DNA of 58,215 nucleotides, taken from positions 1 to 58,215 of IMG/VR virus record IMGVR_UViG_3300009417_000001. One strand, written 5' to 3'. The notes beneath the pieces were generated by a model that had not been told where the DNA came from, did not search any database, and was given only the letters and a program-made list of their open reading frames with translations. This DNA is from a virus. Within the stretch, counting starts at the first letter, position 1; the number at the start of each line of letters is the position of its first letter. Below are positions 45,828 to 53,800 of this stretch, piece by piece. The position numbers and the translations under genes were made by a program.

Positions 45828-46214
45828 ATGATTGAATTGATTGAAAAGCGAATTTCTTTAACAAGCAAAAAGGACCTGCCCGAAGCGGGGGAGCCGAGAC
45901 AGGTGGTGACCGTGGTTGCCGAAGATGGGGGCGTCAGTATCTTTTTCTGGGACGGAGAATCATGGGGTGAGGGTAATGTGTCTTTAAGCGAAACTTTGGA
46001 TGATCAGGGACTACCCATTAATTCTGCTGTTGAACATGGGGATTCAGTAGATCTGGTGGCCCCAGTGTATGACCCTAGAATCGTAGAAGGGACAGGCCGT
46101 CCAGTATTGACTGGGCGAGAGCGTAACTGGGGTCGGTGGGGCGATGACGACGTTCACTATCGCCACGCTCCCGCTCCTAATGATGGTACGACGACCCTCC
46201 CTTCTAAAAAATGA
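45828..46214 (+). CDS. hypothetical protein
   Basis: 128-aa ORF. Confidence 0.6.
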   Translation: MIELIEKRISLTSKKDLPEAGEPRQVVTVVAEDGGVSIFFWDGESWGEGNVSLSETLDDQGLPINSAVEHGDSVDLVAPVYDPRIVEGTGRPVLTGRERNWGRWGDDDVHYRHAPAPNDGTTTLPSKK

Positions 46215-46531
46215 GCCTACAACAAGCCATCTCAGATACCATTCAGGGTTTTTTGAAACCTCTGAATGCTGCCGTAGGTAGCGTCGGAGGTGGGTCGCTC
46301 TCCGTAGCGGTCGTGACAGCCAGTGATTTCGCTGTATGCCTCTCGATCCTCGCGTGCAGCTTCGCCATATGGAGTAGCTACCACACGGGGGCTGACGCTC
46401 GGGAGTCCCGCCGGGATCGACGGGGCAATCTCCCCACTTCTGCTGACTGTCCCGAGGGGTACACGAAAAGCTTTTGCGACTCCCGGCCCGACGACTGCCC
46501 ATGCAACCAATTAGAATCAGGACCCAGTTAA
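46211..46531 (+). CDS. membrane-anchored small protein (possible holin-like)
   Basis: Hydrophobic segment FAVCLSILACSFAIWSSY. ATGA overlap upstream. Confidence 0.45.
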   Translation: MSLQQAISDTIQGFLKPLNAAVGSVGGGSLSVAVVTASDFAVCLSILACSFAIWSSYHTGADARESRRDRRGNLPTSADCPEGYTKSFCDSRPDDCPCNQLESGPS

Positions 46532-46532
46532 G

Positions 46533-47684
46533 ATGCCAGGACACACCCACAACCCATACCCACACGCGCACATGTATTGCCGAGCGTGCCAGGAAGATAA
46601 GTGCCACGAGTGCAACGAATGTCATAACGACGATTGCCACGAACACATGCACTGCCATCCTCCGAAAACGTGTAACAAATGTCACGAGGACCAGGATTGC
46701 CCAGACCACCCGTGCGAAGAACTGAAGTCCCCCTGGGACGCAGTGTCATCCACTATCGCGGTCTGCGAGTCTTCCCACTACCCCGTGGGATCGTGCATCG
46801 TCGTGTATGGGGATGCCGGGCGAGTAGTTCGCAAGGTCACCGGGCATATAAGCGACAGTGCGTTGGAGGTGGAGCCCCACTACCCAACTCCCGACACCCC
46901 TGAAACGGCCCAGGTGTTTTCAAACGCATATGTGTGTTTATCCCCAATCTGCCCCGAGGAGCCACCAGAGATCCCAGAACCACCGGACGATTTTGAAGAG
47001 ACCCCCCTGTCGATTTCAAACAACAACAGTTCGACAACGTTTCTGGAGGTATCTCAGAATCCTGGAGACAAAGCCCCGCAGACAGTAGGCATCACTCAAA
47101 CCACCGAGTGCTTGTTGACCAAACTTCAAACATGCGCGCCTCACCGGATTATTCCGGCAGCGCGCCCGTGTCCCCCCGGATCCCCGACCCCAGACTACCC
47201 AAGTAACAACACCCCCACGATTGATGTCGGCACTCTGCAGGATATGAAGGATGGGTACTCTGCGGACAACACGAGTGGCGCAGTACTCACCCGACGTATT
47301 TGTTTTGACGTGGCCTCTGGGGCGTGTGGCACGCCCGAGTTTGTTGACATTGTTGTGTCTCCCTGCGGGTTCGCACCCCCCGGACATTTCCTGCAATATC
47401 AGTTCCCCCCGGTAGTTGGCGGAGATTTCTGCGAAAATTTTGAAAATGTCTCGGAGGTGGAGGACTCATTCACAACGTCGGCATCACGTAAACATGTGGT
47501 TCGAGCACAGGTTATCGGGGGCCAAGCATGCATTGTCATGACGGTAGTCTTAAAAACTCAAACAACTGATACCAACGTTGGTATTGGGGGAGTCTCACAA
47601 GTTGATCTGTCTACTGAGGGCTGGTGGTTTAACAACAACGCCCGTATCTCTCGCTACTACGTCGCACCAACCGAGGATTGCTAA
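46533..47684 (+). CDS. tail fibre-like protein with a Cys/His-rich N-terminus
   Basis: The first ~65 aa are MPGHTHNPYPHAHMYCRACQEDKCHECNECHNDDCHEHMHCHPPKTCNKCHEDQDCPDHPC. It is a paralog of the next gene. Confidence 0.6.
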   Translation: MPGHTHNPYPHAHMYCRACQEDKCHECNECHNDDCHEHMHCHPPKTCNKCHEDQDCPDHPCEELKSPWDAVSSTIAVCESSHYPVGSCIVVYGDAGRVVRKVTGHISDSALEVEPHYPTPDTPETAQVFSNAYVCLSPICPEEPPEIPEPPDDFEETPLSISNNNSSTTFLEVSQNPGDKAPQTVGITQTTECLLTKLQTCAPHRIIPAARPCPPGSPTPDYPSNNTPTIDVGTLQDMKDGYSADNTSGAVLTRRICFDVASGACGTPEFVDIVVSPCGFAPPGHFLQYQFPPVVGGDFCENFENVSEVEDSFTTSASRKHVVRAQVIGGQACIVMTVVLKTQTTDTNVGIGGVSQVDLSTEGWWFNNNARISRYYVAPTEDC

Positions 47685-48917
47685 ATGGGAAAATGTAACG
47701 ATTGTAACCAGTCGCACGAAGACCCAGTTTGCCCAAACTGCGAACCGATGCGGACCAACAGCCCCAGCTTCCTGGGGCCGTCGGCCCCGGGGTGCTCAAC
47801 ATGCGGTCAAAACCAATGTGGTTGTGACGGAGAAGTGTCCCGTCCGATCATGCCTCCCGAGGTTAATTACCTGGGGGAGACACACGTACGTTACTGCCCG
47901 GAAGAAGATTTAAAAACTAAGTCTTTTGGCCAAGTTCCTTTTGGCGACACCCGCATACTTCGAGTTCGAGATGCGAGTTGTTACCGCGTGGGGGCCTGCG
48001 TTCGTTTGATCGACGATCGAGGAAATCAAAACGTTTTAAAAATCACTCAAGTAGATCACAGGAATTGTGAGATACATGTAACCGCGTACCGCAACGATTT
48101 CAGTTCTGAGGACGTTTCTCTGTCGGGGTGCATCTCCATCGCTTATCTCCCTCTCTGCCCATTAGAGATCGAAGAAGAGACCCTGGATGACTGCATCCAC
48201 CTGACAGTCAAGACTTCGGAAAGCTTTATCATGCCTGCGGCCCCAGGAGACCCTGCCGACCCTGGACAACCTGTCAAGGTCTGCTTCGAGGAGTGCTTCC
48301 ACATCTGCCCGGGAACAACCATGTACATCCCCGACGCCGGATTCATGGATGTAGCTTGCGACCCAAGTGACTCTTCATTCACATCTCCAGCAAACTGCTA
48401 TTGGTTCACCAACAGCGGAAACCCGAACAACCGAGATAAGGGGCTAACGGTACCTTCTGGAAAATGCGCGTACCCGTCTGTGTCTCAGCCAACGGAAATT
48501 ACCACTGGGGCTGGCCTCGTGACTGAGGACGACGGGACCATCTCCCTGGACTTCTCTTCCGCAGTTTGCGTAGCCGGAGATGGGGGGATCATCAAAGACG
48601 ACGATGGCTGCCTCGCACTCGACCCATATTATTGCCCTCCTAAGAAGGTCCTTGAAGATGTACCGGTTGATAGCTGGGTACAGCCATCCGCTGACGGGAA
48701 CCCTGTAGGGGGCAACCTAACATTCTGTGCCACTGATGACGCCGCATCTGTTGGGGGTACGATCACCATCGAAGTGGCCGACGACGCCTCGGGAACCAAT
48801 TCCGTGGAGCATGTATCTCCCAATGAGGCCCTTTGCTTCACTGTAAATGTCCCTTGCGGTAGTTACGTCAAAGTGTCATTGTTCTCTCTCGAAGCCCCTA
48901 TAACGGTGACGGGATGA
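47685..48917 (+). CDS. tail fibre-like protein with a Cys-rich N-terminus (paralog of 46533..47684)
   Basis: MGKCNDCNQSHEDPVCPNCEP...CSTCGQNQCGCDG. Both proteins share a Y-x-VG-x-C block and a PxCP block. Confidence 0.6.
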   Translation: MGKCNDCNQSHEDPVCPNCEPMRTNSPSFLGPSAPGCSTCGQNQCGCDGEVSRPIMPPEVNYLGETHVRYCPEEDLKTKSFGQVPFGDTRILRVRDASCYRVGACVRLIDDRGNQNVLKITQVDHRNCEIHVTAYRNDFSSEDVSLSGCISIAYLPLCPLEIEEETLDDCIHLTVKTSESFIMPAAPGDPADPGQPVKVCFEECFHICPGTTMYIPDAGFMDVACDPSDSSFTSPANCYWFTNSGNPNNRDKGLTVPSGKCAYPSVSQPTEITTGAGLVTEDDGTISLDFSSAVCVAGDGGIIKDDDGCLALDPYYCPPKKVLEDVPVDSWVQPSADGNPVGGNLTFCATDDAASVGGTITIEVADDASGTNSVEHVSPNEALCFTVNVPCGSYVKVSLFSLEAPITVTG

Positions 48918-48918
48918 T

Positions 48919-50700
48919 ATGGCTCAAAACTCAAAATATGATTTCGATGGAACTTTTACGTTTCACGATGCGGTAAACTCCGGGATCGCTGCCGAGAACG
49001 TCGGCTTGTTCCAGGCGTCTCGGGCGATCAACATGACGTTCCGAGATGGTTACGTCGGTCCCAGACCGTCTATCCGCAAAGTAGATGTTGCCTGGGGTCC
49101 CGAGATACAGCGGGGGAGGTTCCAAGGCAATGCCCGGGAGAACCGGACCGGAAAACTAACCTTTGCCGTGGATGGTCATATTTACCAGTTCGACCCAAGC
49201 ACGTCGGACACCCGCCGGATCACTGACCAAGTAGTCCAGCGGGACCCATGCATGTTCCGACTTTTCTTTACCGAAACGTGCGAATACATGATTGTAAATG
49301 ACGGGAAGCGACTACCCGTCCTTATCAGCAACACTCAAGTCAGCGAGACCGACCCCGACCTACCATCCACGATCGATGTGGGTCAAGGCGGCCAGTGGGG
49401 TCCGTTCACCCACGGGGTATTTTCCCAGGGGTATCTCTCAGGAGCCCTCTCAGGAACTAATTCGTTTGTAGTGAGTGATCCTTCCGTCCCTGGACGCGCC
49501 GAGGACAATTACCTTTGGACCACTTTGACTGAGTACCTGAATGGTGGGGGATACATCAACGTCGGCACCTGTGATGAGTGCATCACCGCCATGTTCGAGA
49601 GGCCTGTCTTAAATACCCCCACAGGTACCGGAGGCCTCCTCGTAGCCACCCGCGACGCTATTTACGCGAACGACTTATCTCGGGAGCGAGACTCCTGGGG
49701 CTACGGAGGTTTCCAAACTAAAATTTTAAGTCGGGGCGTCGAGTCGGCTGACTCAGTCATAACCGTGAACAACGACATTCGGTTTCGAAACCGCGACGGG
49801 GTGTACAGCATCAACCACGGGCTGACCGAAGACGGGTCACGTATTTTCCTATCCCTATCCAAAGGCAACAGCTATTGGATGCGAGACGATGATCCCACCC
49901 TGCTCCGCTACACGGTCGGATCTCTTTGGAACAACCGATCAATGATGTCTACTCGACCCCGCCAAGTAATCTTGGACGACGGTCGGATCGACTTTGTTTG
50001 GGACGCCTTGGCAGTCTGGGATCACGACCTCAACCGGACAGTCCGCAGCGAAGCTAATGAAGTTTCAGAAGGTATTTGGACGGGGTTGCAGTGGATGGGC
50101 ATCGCCAAGACCCCAGAGCAACTATTCTTTTTTGCCAAGGATTCAGACGGCAACAACGCACTATACGAGCTTATGGACGACGGGTACCCGAACTCTGGGT
50201 ACGACTATGCCGGGGATCGAGAGATCCCCATCGAGCAGGTCCTGTACCCCAAGGCATACACTTTTAAAACCCCGTTCAACCGTAAGAGTTTGAAGCGGGT
50301 CGATCTGTACATCAAGCACGTCGTGGGCCAAGCCGAGTACCAACTGGGAGTCCGGGGCCGTACATCGGAGTGTTGGTCCGACATAACGGATCGGAAGATC
50401 ATCTGCCAAACAAGTGGTTACGAGGGCGTCGAGTCCTGCCACTGCGAGGAAGACATCCCCGTGTACCCGTCGGGCCACTTCCCTCAAAACTCCGCTGGGT
50501 TCATTGAGGAGCCCGGCAGCCGGGAATCCTGGGAACTGAGAATCCGAAAATGGGGTCCCGGCCAGATTGAGAAATTGAGAATTTCGGCAACTAACAAGGA
50601 GTTGGAGCCTGGGAGCGGAAGCTCAGAAGACGAAAATCAAGGTTGCGAAGGCGAACCATGCTGTGGTAGTGATGAGCAGTACAACTACCGAATGGACTGA
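48919..50700 (+). CDS. tail structural protein (nozzle-like, putative)
   Basis: 593 aa, assigned from its position in the tail module. Confidence 0.4.
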   Translation: MAQNSKYDFDGTFTFHDAVNSGIAAENVGLFQASRAINMTFRDGYVGPRPSIRKVDVAWGPEIQRGRFQGNARENRTGKLTFAVDGHIYQFDPSTSDTRRITDQVVQRDPCMFRLFFTETCEYMIVNDGKRLPVLISNTQVSETDPDLPSTIDVGQGGQWGPFTHGVFSQGYLSGALSGTNSFVVSDPSVPGRAEDNYLWTTLTEYLNGGGYINVGTCDECITAMFERPVLNTPTGTGGLLVATRDAIYANDLSRERDSWGYGGFQTKILSRGVESADSVITVNNDIRFRNRDGVYSINHGLTEDGSRIFLSLSKGNSYWMRDDDPTLLRYTVGSLWNNRSMMSTRPRQVILDDGRIDFVWDALAVWDHDLNRTVRSEANEVSEGIWTGLQWMGIAKTPEQLFFFAKDSDGNNALYELMDDGYPNSGYDYAGDREIPIEQVLYPKAYTFKTPFNRKSLKRVDLYIKHVVGQAEYQLGVRGRTSECWSDITDRKIICQTSGYEGVESCHCEEDIPVYPSGHFPQNSAGFIEEPGSRESWELRIRKWGPGQIEKLRISATNKELEPGSGSSEDENQGCEGEPCCGSDEQYNYRMD

Positions 50701-50705
50701 TAAAG

Positions 50706-51182
50706 ATGGCGAATAAAGACGAAAAAGGGATACTCACCCTACCGGTCAAAGGTAGGGTCGGCAACCGCTTGGGTTCCTGTTGGGGTACGCCCAAAGAGTT
50801 TTTCAAACGTTTGATTGAGGCTCTGTACATTCAGATCGATTCGCGCGAGTTTGGTAAGGCCTACCCCGGACACGCCCCTCCCGAGGACCTATCAAGCATT
50901 TGGTTTCAGACCGACAAAGACGGCCGCCCGATTTGTGCGAAGTCTTACTACAATGGGAAGTGGGTACCTCTGTTCCCTTGCTTCCCCGCGCAAATGAAAT
51001 TCCCGTTCTGCGGAGATCCCGACGACATCCAAGAGCCTTGGTGCGTTGCTGACGGCCGGGGCGGTACTGACGATACCCGTGACCAGTGGGTCATGGCTGA
51101 CGGGAGCGATGTACCTGGGGCCGGAACCAACATCGACGATGACGTAGCTTTGGGCTACTTACAATACTGCGGTTACTCCTGA
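50706..51182 (+). CDS. virion-module hypothetical protein
   Basis: 158-aa ORF. Confidence 0.6.
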   Translation: MANKDEKGILTLPVKGRVGNRLGSCWGTPKEFFKRLIEALYIQIDSREFGKAYPGHAPPEDLSSIWFQTDKDGRPICAKSYYNGKWVPLFPCFPAQMKFPFCGDPDDIQEPWCVADGRGGTDDTRDQWVMADGSDVPGAGTNIDDDVALGYLQYCGYS

Positions 51183-52183
51183 TGCTGACACTAGGCCAAG
51201 CTAAACAAGACCTGGCGATCCAGGATGCGATGGGTTCGGGCGAACCGAAATCCCCACAGGCACACCTACGGTATAACCGCTCCATCGACCGAGCAGTTCG
51301 ACAACTGTTGCGGAAAGGTGACTGGCACACTGCGTTGCAAGAGTACTGCTTTAACACCTGCGAGGGATGCCTCCACCTACCCCCCGAGATCAAACGGGTG
51401 GTTTCGATCGATTTAAATTGCAACCTGGCCCGAGTATTCGACAGACACTTTCGGTACCTCGATCAAGGTCCTGGCATGTGTTCTACGACCATGTGCGGAC
51501 CCGAGGGAATTCACGACGCCGGGTTGACCCAAGTACTTCAGCAGCCGAAGAGCCCCACAGGGCTGGCCGTAATCTTAGACAGTTGTGATAGTGGTGTCGA
51601 GGTGTCCATCCAGGCCCGAGACCAACATGGGAAAACCATCACGACTTTCGGGCAGTGCGGCGAAGGATGCCAGCAGTCCATTAAGATCAAACCCACCTTT
51701 GGAAAGATTCAAACGTTTGAATTCCCGATCGTGGCCGAGATCTGCCAAGTAACCAAGGGAGCCACCTGCGGGGCGGTATACCTCTACGAATACGATTGTC
51801 ACACCCGCAAGGTAGGAAATCTAATCACGACGTTATATCCCGAAGACACTTTCCCACAGTACCGGAAATACAATCTGGGAGACATGTTTAACCCCGCCCC
51901 TCAGGCGATCCGACTACTGGCCAAACGGAAGCACCGAGTGTTGCACGATGACACGCAGGCTCTGATGGTAGATAGCCCCGACGCCGTGGCCATGATGTTG
52001 AAGTACAACGAGGCCTTGAAAGACGAAAACCCAACAATGGCTGATTTTTATCTTAACGAGGCGTTAAACTTCATGGATGATTCTGAAATGGATTACTCTG
52101 ATGAGAGCGACGAAGTTCGTTACAATTTTGAAAGAACTGTCCGAGTTTCTGGCGAGCCTGGACTTAGAAGCGGAGGTTGGTAG
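51182..52183 (+). CDS. head-tail adaptor / tail tubular A-like protein (weak)
   Basis: The N-terminal pattern IQDAMGSGEPKSP...NRSIDRAVRQLLRKGDWHT recalls the T7 gp11 N-terminus. Confidence 0.3.
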   Translation: MLTLGQAKQDLAIQDAMGSGEPKSPQAHLRYNRSIDRAVRQLLRKGDWHTALQEYCFNTCEGCLHLPPEIKRVVSIDLNCNLARVFDRHFRYLDQGPGMCSTTMCGPEGIHDAGLTQVLQQPKSPTGLAVILDSCDSGVEVSIQARDQHGKTITTFGQCGEGCQQSIKIKPTFGKIQTFEFPIVAEICQVTKGATCGAVYLYEYDCHTRKVGNLITTLYPEDTFPQYRKYNLGDMFNPAPQAIRLLAKRKHRVLHDDTQALMVDSPDAVAMMLKYNEALKDENPTMADFYLNEALNFMDDSEMDYSDESDEVRYNFERTVRVSGEPGLRSGGW

Positions 52184-53799
52184 TGGTTATTACAAACAGG
52201 TTTGGCACGCAGACAGAAGGTGGGTCTGGATCTGGATCTACCACCGGAACTAATGTAGATTCTAGTAGGTTTGGCGCAGGCAGCGGTGGGTCTTCAGGAC
52301 CGGGGGCTTTTCCCGACCTCCCCGGATTAGGACCTGCGGCATTTGCAGATTTCATTTCTTACACACCTGATTTTGCCGACTATGCGGAGGCCGACTTCAC
52401 GGGAGTTGACTTTTCGACCATACCGGAATTTGCGGCTATTGATGTAGATGCAATCTTAAACGAGGTCTCCGAGCGCAACCGAGCGCAGTACGGAGAGAAC
52501 ATTCCCCTGGCCCTCGACTTTGGCTCCCAGGTTTCCAATGCCGCTTTCGACAGTTTCGAACAGTACTTGGACGAACTCCTACCCAACAACAAAGAAATTC
52601 TAGCCAACACGTCCCGCGAGGTAAATAACTTTGTGACTCGGGGGTTACCCACTGCGGCGGCTAATAATGCAACCCTACGTGACGCAGCTTTCCAAAACAC
52701 CGCAGGGGTCGGGGGCTCCCTGGCGACCAGAACCGCCGTGGCTGCCGAGGCATCCCGCGACGTGGCTGCCGTGCAGTACGGTATCGGGGAAGCCCAGAGC
52801 CTAATCAACAGTGCTCGATCTACAGGTCAGTACTTTGCAGGCATCAATGCAAGTGCATCGCAGAATGCCCAAAACGCTTTGACCCAGTTGACAACGATCA
52901 CTCCGGCCCAAGGGGTACAGTTTGGGTTCTCTGAAAGGGACTTCCAATACAATGCGGCTCTGAACAACGCCCAGATCTTGAACTCCGAGTCTCAATTCAA
53001 TGCGAATGCTTACAACGCAAACCAGCAGTTCAATACGAACTCCTTCAACGCGAATCAGCAGTTCAACACGAGTTCTACGAACAGTGCTAGGGCCTTTGAA
53101 GCTTCGGCTTACAACGCTACCAGTCAGTTCAACACAGGGGTTGAGAACCAATTCAACATAGCCAACACGGCGGCCGACCGGGAAGAGATCTTAGCGAACT
53201 TTAACTACCAATACGCATTAGAACAGCAACGTCAGGCCAAAAAGGATTCCCGGACATCTGCCATTGGGACCCTTGTGGGGGCTGCCGCTGGGTTTGCCCT
53301 GAGTTTGGGGAACCCCGCCGGGGCTGTCATTGGTGCCGGGATCGGTCAGGCACTCGCAGGAGGCGCAACTGGAAATTCTGGAGCGGTCGCCGGAGGCACT
53401 CAACTCGCCGCAACGGGGGTAGGCCTTGCAGCATATGCCGGTAGGACCGCATCTGTAACCCCGCAAGGGGTTCCCGGGGCCGCCTTGACCGCAGGCAACC
53501 AAGTGTCCGCACCTATTAATGGTACTTCAGCCTTCTTGGAAGGTGCATCCACAGGTAACGTAACCGCGTCCAATACTTTCACACCTGTGCCACTACCTGT
53601 GGCCCAGACAGTGGCTCCCGTGTCCCAGAGCACACCCACCATTTACTCTGGGGCCAATACGGCTTACACACCGACATCTGGGTACTCCACACCCATTACG
53701 AACATAACTGGGTCGATCAACCCCGGAGCCCCTGGACCCGCAGGATATAGCTCTTTTAATGGTCGGACCACCCCAGCCTCTAAACTTCTTCGGAACTAA
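52177..53799 (+). CDS. internal virion protein (Q/N-rich repeats, Gly-zipper hydrophobic segment)
   Basis: Non-ATG start. (Y/F)NANQQFNT repeats. AIGTLVGAAAGFALSLGNPAGAVIGAGIGQALAGG. Confidence 0.5.
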   Translation: MVVVITNRFGTQTEGGSGSGSTTGTNVDSSRFGAGSGGSSGPGAFPDLPGLGPAAFADFISYTPDFADYAEADFTGVDFSTIPEFAAIDVDAILNEVSERNRAQYGENIPLALDFGSQVSNAAFDSFEQYLDELLPNNKEILANTSREVNNFVTRGLPTAAANNATLRDAAFQNTAGVGGSLATRTAVAAEASRDVAAVQYGIGEAQSLINSARSTGQYFAGINASASQNAQNALTQLTTITPAQGVQFGFSERDFQYNAALNNAQILNSESQFNANAYNANQQFNTNSFNANQQFNTSSTNSARAFEASAYNATSQFNTGVENQFNIANTAADREEILANFNYQYALEQQRQAKKDSRTSAIGTLVGAAAGFALSLGNPAGAVIGAGIGQALAGGATGNSGAVAGGTQLAATGVGLAAYAGRTASVTPQGVPGAALTAGNQVSAPINGTSAFLEGASTGNVTASNTFTPVPLPVAQTVAPVSQSTPTIYSGANTAYTPTSGYSTPITNITGSINPGAPGPAGYSSFNGRTTPASKLLRN

Positions 53800-53800
53800 C

